DNA of 54,550 nucleotides, taken from the NCBI GenBank assembly GCA_048938895.1, contig JBHLLU010000027.1, forward strand, positions 1 through 54,550. Reading direction: 5' to 3'. Positions 29,379 to 39,828 of this stretch are shown piece by piece. The translations under genes and the position numbers were made by a program. How positions within the stretch are numbered: the stretch's first letter is position 1; each line of letters starts with the position of its first letter. Under the pieces are notes generated by a model. That model did not search any database. It had not been told where the DNA came from and worked only from the letters and a program-made list of their open reading frames with translations. Source of the stretch: Promethearchaeota archaeon (GTDB lineage: Archaea; Asgardarchaeota; Lokiarchaeia; Sigyniarchaeales; SOKP01).

Positions 29379-29503
29379 AATAGATCATTTATGTAGATTG
29401 TTAACTAATACATTATAATAAATTCTAAATATTTTTCTTACTTCTGTTATTTAATCATATACTGAATTCAAATTAATTTTTACTAGAATTTATCTCTATA
29501 ATT

Positions 29504-30112
29504 ATGAATCTTAAAAAAGCGTTTTCTGAAGTTTCTAATTTATTAGATATCTTATATAGTGATAGAGAACAAATTCTGCATCTGTCTCGGGATATTGTTC
29601 GAGATTGTAGTGTTGGTATTAAAAATATCCACAGACAAGAAATCACAGAATTTCAAGAAAAAGTGAATGTGATTAAATCTAATCATGGGAATTTAGTTAA
29701 ACTCGTAAATAAGAATCCTGGAGTTTTTTCAAAATATCTAAAAACTCCTGAACAAGAATTTACTGAACTATTGACTTTTTATGCCATAATAAATGATAAA
29801 GATATTCCTACTCCTTCAGAAATGAAGATAGATCCTCTGAATTTTGCATTAGGTTTAGCTGATGTTATCGGAGAGCTAAGAAGATATGCTCTAGACAATA
29901 TTCGAAATGATAATACTGATAACTTGAATTATATTTTAGAAAGCATGGATGAAATATATACATCTCTCTTTTCTATTGACTATCCTATTGGAGTTACCCA
30001 AGATTTAAGACATAAAGTTGATGTGGCGAGAAGTATTATTGAAAAAACTAGGGGAGATGTATCACTTGCGATTCAAATGAATGATTTAAAAAGATGTTTT
30101 GAAAATGAATGA
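29504..30112 (+). CDS. Translin/Trax-family protein
   Basis: RE..L.LSR, QEFxE, GLADVIGELRR, LRHKVD. Confidence 0.85.
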   Translation: MNLKKAFSEVSNLLDILYSDREQILHLSRDIVRDCSVGIKNIHRQEITEFQEKVNVIKSNHGNLVKLVNKNPGVFSKYLKTPEQEFTELLTFYAIINDKDIPTPSEMKIDPLNFALGLADVIGELRRYALDNIRNDNTDNLNYILESMDEIYTSLFSIDYPIGVTQDLRHKVDVARSIIEKTRGDVSLAIQMNDLKRCFENE

Positions 30113-30566
30113 AACAAAGAAAAAAGTGCTAATTGCGGGGACATTTGATCTTATCCATGCAGGACATATTTATCTCATAAATGAAGCAGCAAAATTAGGC
30201 GATGTTTATGTTATCGTTGCAACTGACAGAAATCGTGAATTATTTTCTGGCGAACGCCCAATAATTCCTCAAGATCAGAGGCTGGAAATTATTAAAAGCA
30301 TCAAACATGTAAAAGAAGCAAGATTAGGGAGAAGTGATAATGATACACTTAAAACTGTAGAAGAAATACAACCAGATATAATCCTCTTAGGACCAGATCA
30401 AAAATACAGCATAAAAATATTAAAAAAGGGACTTGAAGAAAAAGGACTTAAGCATATTGAAGTAAAAAGACTGGAACAATATTATAAACGGTACAAACTA
30501 CATAGTTCAAGCTTGATAAAGCAAAAAATCGTAAAGAAATATAAAAAATATAATAAACATTCATAA
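30099..30566 (+). CDS. ribL: FAD synthase (cytidylyltransferase family)
   Basis: AGTFDLIHAGH, PDIILLGPDQ, HSSS; adjacent to riboflavin kinase. Confidence 0.85.
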   Translation: MKMNETKKKVLIAGTFDLIHAGHIYLINEAAKLGDVYVIVATDRNRELFSGERPIIPQDQRLEIIKSIKHVKEARLGRSDNDTLKTVEEIQPDIILLGPDQKYSIKILKKGLEEKGLKHIEVKRLEQYYKRYKLHSSSLIKQKIVKKYKKYNKHS

Positions 30567-30568
30567 AA

Positions 30569-31291
30569 ATGGATAGTAACGAAGAAATACCTCCTGATAA
30601 TTATGCAAATTGGTTTGCACTCTTCCATCTTTGCCAGAATATAGGAAGTCAGAAAGCAATTCATTTGAGTAGTGTCGAATTTTCTAAGATACTCCATTTA
30701 TCTCAACAAACAGCATCTAGAAGATTAAATCAATTAGAAGAAATTGGTTGGATTAGTCGAAAGAATGTTGGAAAAGAACAGAGAATTAAAATTACTAAAA
30801 AGGGAGCTGATGTAATGTTAACAATGTACAAAAGTTTAAAACAAATCCTTGAAGAAATCTTGATTGTCGGTGAAGTAACTGAAGGTATGGGAGAAGGTGG
30901 ATACTATGTTAGAATTCAAGAATATTATACTCAATTTAGTGAGAAATTAGGCTTTAAACCTTGGTATGGAACGTTAAATCTACAGTTTAATGATCTCAAT
31001 AAAGAATTACTAGAAGAAAACTTGAAAAATCAAATTCCCGTTAAGATTGAAGGTTTTGAAAAAGAAGATGAAGAATATGGGAAGCGTACCTATGGATCAG
31101 TCGATTGTTATAATTGTATCATTTCTTGTTTAGATAATCAGGATAAAAAGATTAAAGCAGCAATTTTAAAAATTAAGAGAACACACCATAAAAAAAATAT
31201 TGTTGAGATAATTGCAGAACCATATTTAAGAGATATATTAGAATTAAAGGATGGAGATAGAATTCGAATAGAATTTTCAAAAACAAAATAG
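30569..31291 (+). CDS. ribK: CTP-dependent riboflavin kinase with N-terminal wHTH
   Basis: SQQTASRRL HTH; GMGEGGYY, GTLN, RTHH, EII. Confidence 0.92.
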   Translation: MDSNEEIPPDNYANWFALFHLCQNIGSQKAIHLSSVEFSKILHLSQQTASRRLNQLEEIGWISRKNVGKEQRIKITKKGADVMLTMYKSLKQILEEILIVGEVTEGMGEGGYYVRIQEYYTQFSEKLGFKPWYGTLNLQFNDLNKELLEENLKNQIPVKIEGFEKEDEEYGKRTYGSVDCYNCIISCLDNQDKKIKAAILKIKRTHHKKNIVEIIAEPYLRDILELKDGDRIRIEFSKTK

Positions 31292-31310
31292 ATATTTTTT
31301 ATTGTATCTT

Positions 31311-31931
31311 CTATATGGTTTCTTTTTTCTTTATAAAATTATAGATTTTTATTGTTCTAATCATTAATGTGTAAATAACTAGGCACATAAAGATAAATAA
31401 GAAAATTTTCAAGTAATTATAGAAAAAAGAAACCATCGTTGTTACGAAAAGATAAAAAAGTCTCTCAGATCTAGCCATCAGCCCAATATCGTAATCTCCC
31501 TTAAATATAACTTCTGCTCTCGCTCTAGTATAACTAATCATAATTGAAGCGAAGAATGATATAAAAATGATTAATTTCACATCAAACCATGTCCATAATA
31601 CTCGATCTCTGTTATAAATAAGGAGACCAAAGAATATGAAGAACTCTGAAACTCTATCCATGAATGAATCAAAAAAACCGCCAAATTTTGTAGATTTATT
31701 TGTTAGTCGGGCAATAGCTCCATCACAACCATCCATAATTCCCGTAATAAATACGAATATCGAAAAAAATAAGAGGTTTTGGAATAAAACTAAGGAAATG
31801 AAGCAAAGAAGTGAAAAACAAAACATTAGGAAAGTTGCTAAGTTTGGGGTAATGCCAATTTTAACTAAACCTTTAGCAATTATATTAACTAAAGGTTTAA
31901 ATATGTATCTTACCCGTAATTTAGAAGGCAT
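31311..31931 (-). CDS. CDP-alcohol phosphatidyltransferase (archaetidylinositol phosphate synthase-like)
   Basis: TPN; DGxDGxxAR...GxxxDxxxDR signature; SYTRARAE; R.ERL. Confidence 0.9.
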   Translation of the reverse strand: MPSKLRVRYIFKPLVNIIAKGLVKIGITPNLATFLMFCFSLLCFISLVLFQNLLFFSIFVFITGIMDGCDGAIARLTNKSTKFGGFFDSFMDRVSEFFIFFGLLIYNRDRVLWTWFDVKLIIFISFFASIMISYTRARAEVIFKGDYDIGLMARSERLFYLFVTTMVSFFYNYLKIFLFIFMCLVIYTLMIRTIKIYNFIKKKETI

Positions 31932-32054
31932 GGTTTAAATTGTTTTATGAGATAGATTAAAATATATTTTACATTATAAAATAACATAGTTTTTTTATTT
32001 TGAATTTTTTAACTATATAATTATTCACGCACATAATAAGAAGAGTGGATATAT

Positions 32055-32360
32055 TTGAAATTACGCTTGATCTTGAAAACAAAAACTAAGAAAAACAAAG
32101 AATTATGTATTAAATTCCCCATTGGACCAAGTAAACACATTGGTTTTATTAATTTCATAAATTTAGCTCTAAATCAAGATATACCCATAGAATTATCATT
32201 TGAAAAAATCTCAAAGACAGGGGAACGAGAAGAAAGCAAAATTTATGGACAATTTAAATTACAGGGAAAAGCAGATTCAAGACTTTATGAATTAGATGAA
32301 GAAATTCAAGATGCAGAGCGAAAAAGAAAGAAACTCCAACAAAAAAGAAAACAAAAGTAA
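32055..32360 (+). CDS. Hypothetical basic protein
   Basis: 101-aa ORF filling the gap; basic helical C-terminus. Confidence 0.6.
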   Translation: MKLRLILKTKTKKNKELCIKFPIGPSKHIGFINFINLALNQDIPIELSFEKISKTGEREESKIYGQFKLQGKADSRLYELDEEIQDAERKRKKLQQKRKQK

Positions 32361-32440
32361 TAATTTTGTGAATTTTTCTCTTATTTTTTGGTATTATGAA
32401 TATAATTTTTATATTTATACTTAACTAATGTCTGCTTATT

Positions 32441-33385
32441 ATGAAAACAAAGGTCTCGGTAAAAATCCCTGGTCGAATTTGTCTGATGGGGGATAAGGTC
32501 GACTTATTAGGTAAGCCTGTTATAGGAATGGCAATTAATCTTATGATGACAGTTAATTATGAAGAGCGAAATGATGATCATGTTGAATTCTATAGTTATA
32601 ATACAAAAGAAAGAGTTAGATTCAAAATTGGTGAATCACCTCCCAAAAATATTGATTTGGCTTATTGGAGTGTATTATATGAGAGATTGAAGGACTACAT
32701 TGAAAAAGAATTTTATATTGAAGTAAATTCTGAAATTCCTATAGGAGCAGGCTTATCAACCTCAGCAGCTTTATCAATTGGATTTATAAAGGCATTAAAT
32801 CAAGCTCTCGATTTAAATCTTTCAAATTTAGAAATTGCAGAACTTGCTTATTTAGGTGAAAATCATGACTTAGGAATTCAGTGTGGTAGATTAGATCAGT
32901 ATACAGAGGCGTTTGGAGGTATTGTTTTCATCCATACTGACGAGAATCCTTATGTTGAGCATTTAAATGTAAATAAAATGCCTGTGGTCGTTGGAGATTC
33001 TTTGGAAGAGAGAAAAGCATCCTTAATATTAAATCGAGTGAAAAATCAAATTAGAGAAAGAGATTCCCAGACATTAAAGGCTTTCAAAGTAATTGAAGAT
33101 TGTGTGCTTCAAGCGAAGGAAGCCATAATTAGAGGGGATTATGTAAAACTGGGAGAATTAATGGATATACAACAGAAGCAGGAGATAATTTTGAATGCAG
33201 ACACACCTAAAATTTTAAAATTATGTTCTGCTGCAAAAGATGCTGGTGCGTTAGGTGCAAAACAAATGGGTGCCGGAGGTGGTGGTTGTATGGTAGCTAT
33301 AGCTCCAGAAAAACAAAAACAAGTTGCTCAAGCAATTACTGATGTAGGTGGAAAAGCTTGGATTTTTGATATTTTTAAGTATTAA
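32441..33385 (+). CDS. GHMP kinase (mevalonate/galactokinase-like)
   Basis: PGRIxLxG, PIGAGLSTSAA, GRLDQ, GAKxxGAGGGG. Confidence 0.88.
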   Translation: MKTKVSVKIPGRICLMGDKVDLLGKPVIGMAINLMMTVNYEERNDDHVEFYSYNTKERVRFKIGESPPKNIDLAYWSVLYERLKDYIEKEFYIEVNSEIPIGAGLSTSAALSIGFIKALNQALDLNLSNLEIAELAYLGENHDLGIQCGRLDQYTEAFGGIVFIHTDENPYVEHLNVNKMPVVVGDSLEERKASLILNRVKNQIRERDSQTLKAFKVIEDCVLQAKEAIIRGDYVKLGELMDIQQKQEIILNADTPKILKLCSAAKDAGALGAKQMGAGGGGCMVAIAPEKQKQVAQAITDVGGKAWIFDIFKY

Positions 33386-35603
33386 CATCTATTTTCCTAT
33401 ATTGAAATTCCCAGGATTTCCTAACATATAAGGCATCATTTATAGTATCAAATACTACAGACCTCTCACTTAGTCCTCCTATATCTTCCACTTCAATATC
33501 TATTTCTAGTGAGGCTAATTCTTTTTTTACTGCGTCTAAATTTTCTTGATAGGTCATATCATAATCTAGGAATAGTTTAGCACCGCCGATTATAATAGCT
33601 CTTATATTTGACTCATCAGCACCATTGTAAATTAGATTATTATATAAATCCTTTACTGAGGTGTCTGCAAATGTATGAGGGAATAATAAATGATAACCTT
33701 GTTTTGAAGCTGATGAATCAGGCAAAGAGATGTGAGACATAGCAAAAATGTTATTTATAGGATCCTTAAGAATAAGAGCTACGCTCGATCCTAAACCTTG
33801 AATAGAAAATTTTGTACCATCGATAGTTCTATCAAAAGAATTGATTAATCCATAGTATCCCATTGGGATAACGTATTCTTTTTTACTATTTGATTTTTCA
33901 ATACGATCGTATCTCTTTTCTTCAAACGGAGGAATATCTTCTGTTCCTTCCTCTTTTATTTCAATTTCCTTCGAATTAATATTAATTTGTATTTCTCTTT
34001 GAATAATTTGACGAGAAAATTGTCCAATTTGATTTAAACGATCTTGTAATTGCCTTTCTTTTTGTTCTATCACTTGCTCTCGTTTATCTAACCGCTTTTC
34101 AAATCTTTCTAAGGTTTGTGCTTTATTATTGATTTCTCTTTCCTTTTCCAATGTATTTTGAAGAAATACCCGCATTTTTTTCCATTGATTATCTAAATCT
34201 TCCTTTTCTTTTTCTAGAGATATAGAGGTCTGTTGGAGAGTTTGTTCTTTCTTTTTTAATAAAAGTTCTCTATAATTTAACTCGCTTTCTCTTTTAGCTA
34301 ACTCCGCTGTACTTTTTTCATTTTGAAACGATCTATTTCTATCAATAGGGCTTAAACTAAATAAATTAATTGAGTCTCTCTTGTTTTCTGGAGAATTGCT
34401 CTTGAATTCATTATTTACAACAATATCTGTAATTCGAACTTCCGTTGGTTGTGTGTTTTTAATTATTGCTTCATCCTTGAGTTTAGGTATTGAATGATCT
34501 TGTTTTTTGATTTGTGACTTCTTAATATTGTTTTTGTTTTTAATTTCTTGTAAATCGGTGGGAATCACGATTTGTCCAAGTTTAATCTCCCTTTCCGATA
34601 GAATTTTCTTAGTTTTGGTTAAATTCTCCTTTTCAACTAATTCACGTTTACTTGGGGCTATAACACCAGTCTTACTTTTGCTAACCTCTATATTCTTTCT
34701 TTTTTCTTTAATTCTTTTACTTTGGAAAGAATTGTAAATTTTCTGTTTATAATCTTTATCTTGGGATGAGATTTCTTTTATATAAAACCGATCTCTAATA
34801 TTTATAGATTCAAAACTTGTATTCTGGGTTGAGAATGATTCTGATCCTCCTAACACCAATAATCCACCTTTGATTAATCGAGATTCTAAAACCCTCATAA
34901 GTTTTTCTCGAGCATATTGATTAATGTAAATAATAAAATTTCGACAAAATATTACATCATATTTTTCATTACTTTGATGTCCCTGAATTATATCCTCCTT
35001 ACAAAAAGTAACTTTTTCTCTTATTCTTTTGTCTAAAAGATATTTTGGTCCAAGATCTGTATCTAGTTTTGAAAAATAGGTGTTAATTAGCATTTTAGGT
35101 GTTTCATGTACCGCATATTCACCGTAAATCCCTTTTTTTGCTATTTCTAAAGCATTTTTGTCTATATCCGATGCAATTATTTTGAAATCAGGGAAATCCT
35201 TGACACTATTTTTAAATTGATCTAACATCATTGCAATCGTATAGGGTTCATCCCCTGTAGCACATGGTGCAGACCATATCTTAAGAGGTCTTTTTAGATC
35301 CTTTACATAGATTTTTAAAAATTTTTCAAAACTTTCAAAAACCTTGTAGTTCCTAAAGAAGTAAGTATAATTAATAGTGAATTTATCTAAAAATAAATCA
35401 ATTTCATCTGGATTTGAGTGTATATAATTTACATAATGTTCATATTGGTCTATGTTTAAATGCTTCATTCTATAATAGATTCTTTTTTCTAGGAAGTTTC
35501 TCTGATAATGATCGAACTCCATTCCTGTGGTTTTTTTTAATTCATTAATTAAGAGATCGATTGAGTTAGGATTTAGAGCCGGTAACGCTATTTTATACAC
35601 CAA
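33375..35603 (-). CDS. CheR-type methyltransferase / coiled coil / CheD-like fusion
   Basis: N-term TINYTYFFRN, IWSAPCATGDEPY, ASDID, DVIFCRN (CheR); C-term GLGSSVA, HISLP, FADT, GGAKLF, EDIGG..RSV.F (CheD). Confidence 0.88.
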   Translation of the reverse strand: MVYKIALPALNPNSIDLLINELKKTTGMEFDHYQRNFLEKRIYYRMKHLNIDQYEHYVNYIHSNPDEIDLFLDKFTINYTYFFRNYKVFESFEKFLKIYVKDLKRPLKIWSAPCATGDEPYTIAMMLDQFKNSVKDFPDFKIIASDIDKNALEIAKKGIYGEYAVHETPKMLINTYFSKLDTDLGPKYLLDKRIREKVTFCKEDIIQGHQSNEKYDVIFCRNFIIYINQYAREKLMRVLESRLIKGGLLVLGGSESFSTQNTSFESINIRDRFYIKEISSQDKDYKQKIYNSFQSKRIKEKRKNIEVSKSKTGVIAPSKRELVEKENLTKTKKILSEREIKLGQIVIPTDLQEIKNKNNIKKSQIKKQDHSIPKLKDEAIIKNTQPTEVRITDIVVNNEFKSNSPENKRDSINLFSLSPIDRNRSFQNEKSTAELAKRESELNYRELLLKKKEQTLQQTSISLEKEKEDLDNQWKKMRVFLQNTLEKEREINNKAQTLERFEKRLDKREQVIEQKERQLQDRLNQIGQFSRQIIQREIQININSKEIEIKEEGTEDIPPFEEKRYDRIEKSNSKKEYVIPMGYYGLINSFDRTIDGTKFSIQGLGSSVALILKDPINNIFAMSHISLPDSSASKQGYHLLFPHTFADTSVKDLYNNLIYNGADESNIRAIIIGGAKLFLDYDMTYQENLDAVKKELASLEIDIEVEDIGGLSERSVVFDTINDALYVRKSWEFQYRKIDVNT

Positions 35604-35743
35604 ACCATTAGATAGTTTAAATTTTTTCTAATACATTATAAATTAATGCATAATAAAATTTTGGGAAGAAAAATTTGTTATCGTAAGTGTAACAAAATAA
35701 AACTTAAAATCTGACTCAATTTGTGGTAAAAATCATAGTTTTT

Positions 35744-36496
35744 TCATGCAAAGGAGATAAATCCCATTTTAATGAGGTTTTTACATATATTATAAACTCT
35801 ATTATGATCTACATTAAGTTCTTTCGTGATCTGATTGATAGTTTTTTTCCCATCAATATTCTCATATATCCTACATGAATCTTCTCCCGTTAAGTAATGT
35901 TTAGGGTTAATTTTCTTAGCTGTTGTAAAGATAGGAATATAACTATAGTAATCTGGATTTGGGTCAACTTGTTCTAAATCACTTTCTAATTTTACTTTTA
36001 CATCCATATTATCTTCAAAACTTCGTAACCAGCTTACCACATTATCATCATATTTAGCTTGTGTTTTTTTTTCCTCTTTTTCATAACAATCTTCAAGTAC
36101 ACTCTCGAAATCCTTAAAATTGTTTAATCTTCCATTCCAATTTGCTATTTGGTTGTAGCTATAATTTTTCAAAAAGAGATTAGAAATTCTTTGTAAAAAA
36201 TTCTGAACATTAATGAGTTCTGAATTTTTATCATATGTAGCAAGAAAAATGAGATCGGGAACATTTAAATCTTTTAAAAATGACAACTTTAATTTATTAT
36301 TCGAAAGCTTCAACTCACTAATGGTTCCCAAATCTTCAAATGAATCAGAAAAAGAATTCAAAGCAGAAAAGAAACCAGATACCATTATTAGATTATCTAT
36401 TTCTGAGAACATATTTTTTACATTAGAAGAATTAGAAAAACTCTTAGATAATAGCGGTAATCCATCTTTAATAATTAAAACGTCGCAAATCATCAA
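35744..36496 (-). CDS. Longin-like domain plus C-terminal wHTH protein
   Basis: LIIKDGLPLL..MVSGFFSALNSF; C-terminal IDGKKTINQI..L...VY.I.K.L.KMG.I. Confidence 0.6.
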   Translation of the reverse strand: MMICDVLIIKDGLPLLSKSFSNSSNVKNMFSEIDNLIMVSGFFSALNSFSDSFEDLGTISELKLSNNKLKLSFLKDLNVPDLIFLATYDKNSELINVQNFLQRISNLFLKNYSYNQIANWNGRLNNFKDFESVLEDCYEKEEKKTQAKYDDNVVSWLRSFEDNMDVKVKLESDLEQVDPNPDYYSYIPIFTTAKKINPKHYLTGEDSCRIYENIDGKKTINQITKELNVDHNRVYNICKNLIKMGFISFA

Positions 36497-36667
36497 TCTC
36501 AGTAAAATAGATTATATATAATTAAAAATCATAAAGCGCTTTAAATAAAATAATAGTATCTACAATACTGGGAAAAAAAAAGAATTATAATACTGAAGTA
36601 ATATCAGAGTAATATAATTATTCTTAATAATATAATTCTACCATGAAACTTTAGTTTATTATATGTA

Positions 36668-37426
36668 TTGAGTGAATTAAAATTGAAAGCTATTATTTTA
36701 TGTGCTGGTTTTGGTAAGCGAATGAAACCATACACCGAGAAATACCAGAAATCGATGATACTGATTCACGGAAAACCATTACTTGAATACATTTTAAATG
36801 GATTAATTTTTGCTGGATTAAGAGATTTTATTATTGTTGTAGGTTATCGCAAAGAACAAATTATAGATTACTTTAAAGAAGGAAAAAAATGGGGGGTAAA
36901 AATTCAATATATAGAACAAAAAAAAATAAATGGTACAGGAGGAGCCCTACTAATTTGCGAAGATTTAATTCAAGAAAACCATTTTTTTTTAACTTGGGGG
37001 GATATTGTAGTTTCTTATCCAATTTACAAAAAAGTTATTGAGATCTTTAAACAAGAAAATCAGGACTATATTTTAGTAGCGAACTACGCAAATGATCCTC
37101 ATAAAGGTGCTGCTGTTTATTATGAAAAGGAGTTTTGTACCGGTATAATCGAAAAACCTCCATTGGGAAAATCAAAATCAAAACTCAATAATACAGGTGT
37201 ATTTATTTTTTCTATTGAAATTTTTAACATATTAAGAACTATTAATCCTTCAACGAGAGGGGAGATTGAATTAACAGATGCAATAAATTCTGGAATTTCG
37301 AGAAATAATTGGCAAGTAAGATTACTAAAAATGAAGAAAAAGCAATTCCGAGGAGATTTTGGTGATATTAAGGTTTTTGAACAACTCAATAAAGAAAAAA
37401 AGTGGTTAAATAAATTATTTCAGTAA
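36668..37426 (+). CDS. Sugar-phosphate nucleotidyltransferase
   Basis: ILCAGxGKRMKP, GTGGAL, WGD, IEKP, RGEIELTDAI. Confidence 0.88.
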   Translation: MSELKLKAIILCAGFGKRMKPYTEKYQKSMILIHGKPLLEYILNGLIFAGLRDFIIVVGYRKEQIIDYFKEGKKWGVKIQYIEQKKINGTGGALLICEDLIQENHFFLTWGDIVVSYPIYKKVIEIFKQENQDYILVANYANDPHKGAAVYYEKEFCTGIIEKPPLGKSKSKLNNTGVFIFSIEIFNILRTINPSTRGEIELTDAINSGISRNNWQVRLLKMKKKQFRGDFGDIKVFEQLNKEKKWLNKLFQ

Positions 37427-37447
37427 GTAAGAAAATAATAAAAAATA

Positions 37448-38020
37448 TTAGATTTTTGAGCCACAATTCTCACAAAAACTTGCTCCTTCTCTTATTTTAT
37501 GACCACAATATACACAGTAATTCTTCCCTTCTGGGATAATTGGTTCTGCAAGATTTTTTGGAGGTGGAGAATAAGATTCCGAACGTACATAAGTAACTTG
37601 TTTTCCTAGTTCTATTTCGCCTGTTTGTGAATTGAATTTGTAACTTATTTGTCCCTTCGCACGTAGATCACTTAAAACCCGTAATAAATCCTTTTGTTTA
37701 ATTCCAACTTCTAATGCGATATCTTCTAGTTTATAAGTTCCGGGACTTTCATAATTTAGCATTGCATTTTTGACAGCTCTCCTAAATTTATTATTTGTAT
37801 ATAATTGCTGAAATCCCCCGAAAAAGACTATAAAAAAACCCGGTATTATCATCCAATAACCCCAACTCTGAATTCCTGCAGGATCAAATTCAGCTTGAAT
37901 ATTCATAAGTATAAGAGAAACAATAGCAACAATAATAAATGCCCCACCACAAATAAATGAACTATATGTTGATTCGTACTTCTCTTTCGAATAATATCTT
38001 TCATGCGACATTAAATTCAC
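37448..38020 (-). CDS. 2-TM protein with wHTH-like and C-terminal zinc-ribbon domains
   Basis: Two TM helices; LEDIALEVGI..L..L...G.I; CVYCG..CENCG. Confidence 0.7.
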   Translation of the reverse strand: MNLMSHERYYSKEKYESTYSSFICGGAFIIVAIVSLILMNIQAEFDPAGIQSWGYWMIIPGFFIVFFGGFQQLYTNNKFRRAVKNAMLNYESPGTYKLEDIALEVGIKQKDLLRVLSDLRAKGQISYKFNSQTGEIELGKQVTYVRSESYSPPPKNLAEPIIPEGKNYCVYCGHKIREGASFCENCGSKI

Positions 38021-38292
38021 TAAATTTTTTTAGTTTTATATTTTAATAAATGAACAATTACTAAAAAATGAAATTGAGTCCAGTAATTGATTAAATTTTA
38101 ATATTGTTTTACCAGTATTTATATACTCGATTTTATCTTAGGGGAGCGTTTCTCTAAAATTTATAAATCTTTTCCTTTTTTCTCTAATAAAATTTTTTAC
38201 TTAACAATAATTTAACCTCATAGGAATTAGGGTTCAAATTATTGGTGATTTAAATTACAACATATAAAGATGAAAAAACTGAGTTTAGATCA

Positions 38293-39759
38293 ATGGGAAC
38301 AGTGAAACAAAAGAATGTCCCCTTCGAAAGAGATAATATCCCTTTTGATTTCTTATTCAATCCACGAGCTGTAGTCGTTGTTGGAGTTAGTAAAGGAAAA
38401 GATTGGGGAGGAACCCATTATCTTGAAACTTTTGAAGAATATGGATATTCTAAACCTGTATATCCTGTTAATCCAAAGTATGAAGGAGAAGAAATTCAAG
38501 GATATACAGTGTATGGGTCAATCTCCTCATTACCAGATGATCCCCCAATCGATTTAGGAATAGTTGCCGTTCCCGCTAGAAATACACCCCAAGTAATAGC
38601 AGAATTAGGACATAAAGGTATCCTCTTTGCTCATATCTTTTCAAGTGGTTTTTCAGAACTTGGGGAAGAAGGAAAACGTCTTGAAGAGCAAATTTTAGAG
38701 AATGCTAGAATAAATCATATACGGATCCTTGGACCTAATTGTATGGGAATTTATAATCCTAAAGCGAATATTGGATTTACACATCGACTTCCACGGAAAA
38801 GCGGATCAGTAGCTTTCATAAGTCAATCTGGTGGTAATGCCCATAGACACGCGTTTGGAGGTATAATGATGGGTTACAATTTTTCAAAAATTATTTCTCT
38901 TGGAAATCAGATTGATCTCGATATTGTAGATTTCTTGAGATATTTTCGAGATGATCCTGACACTGAGGTCATTACTATGTATGTAGAAAATATTAAGAGA
39001 GGTGGGAATGAATTTGTCCATTTATTAAAAGAAACTACTAAAGTGAAACCAGTAATTATTTGGAAAGGTGGTAAATTAGAAGCCGGTCATAGTGCAGTTC
39101 GGAGTCATACTGGCGGACTTGCTGGTAATATTAAATTGTGGAAATCCATGGCACGCCAAACAGGTGTTATCCTTGTGAATAATTTTAATGAACTAATTGA
39201 TATGATCCAAACCACTTTAATTCTCAAGATTCCGAGAGACCGGAATTGTGTCATTCTGAGTGGAGGTGGAGGTCCCGCTGTTGAATTAACAGATGAATGT
39301 GAAGCTAATGGCCTTAAGGTCCCAAGGATAACAGAAGAATCCCAAAAAAAGATAAGAGAATTTATTCCTGAAGTAAACTCAAATCTTTCAAACCCATTAG
39401 AGTTTGGCGCCAACGGGGGATATCAAAATATGATAAAAGTAATGAAAATTCTTGATCAAGAACCTCATATATCTTCAATAATAACAACTATAAGCCCAGA
39501 ATGGGGCTCCTACGGAAACCTAAGTGTTGATGAAATCGTCAAGAGTTTTGCTAATACATTATCTCCAAACTCGAATAAAAATTTGATTAATATCTATAAT
39601 TCTTCTCGAGCAAGGAAAGAATCAATAGATATTATAGATGATTTTTACTTAAAAACGAGAGAAAATGGAATTATTATATATGATTCAGCTCAAGCTGCTG
39701 CAACATGCATTTATCGCTTATGGAGTTATGGAAATTATCTAAAAAAACATGGATGCTAA
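38293..39759 (+). CDS. Acyl-CoA synthetase (NDP-forming) alpha subunit-like
   Basis: YPVNP, SSGFSE, GPNCMG, SQSG, GNQxD, SHTG (phospho-His), NPLE. Confidence 0.9.
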   Translation: MGTVKQKNVPFERDNIPFDFLFNPRAVVVVGVSKGKDWGGTHYLETFEEYGYSKPVYPVNPKYEGEEIQGYTVYGSISSLPDDPPIDLGIVAVPARNTPQVIAELGHKGILFAHIFSSGFSELGEEGKRLEEQILENARINHIRILGPNCMGIYNPKANIGFTHRLPRKSGSVAFISQSGGNAHRHAFGGIMMGYNFSKIISLGNQIDLDIVDFLRYFRDDPDTEVITMYVENIKRGGNEFVHLLKETTKVKPVIIWKGGKLEAGHSAVRSHTGGLAGNIKLWKSMARQTGVILVNNFNELIDMIQTTLILKIPRDRNCVILSGGGGPAVELTDECEANGLKVPRITEESQKKIREFIPEVNSNLSNPLEFGANGGYQNMIKVMKILDQEPHISSIITTISPEWGSYGNLSVDEIVKSFANTLSPNSNKNLINIYNSSRARKESIDIIDDFYLKTRENGIIIYDSAQAAATCIYRLWSYGNYLKKHGC

Positions 39760-39828
39760 ATAAGTAATATTAAGTAAATTTTTACTCACTAATAGATTAA
39801 TCAAATTAAAAAAAATTGAGTTAATTAA

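Noticed and set aside
32441-33385. Calling the GHMP kinase mvk or galK
   Set aside because: N-terminal motif GDKVD matches neither GEHxVV nor GEHxDY cleanly; substrate cannot be assigned
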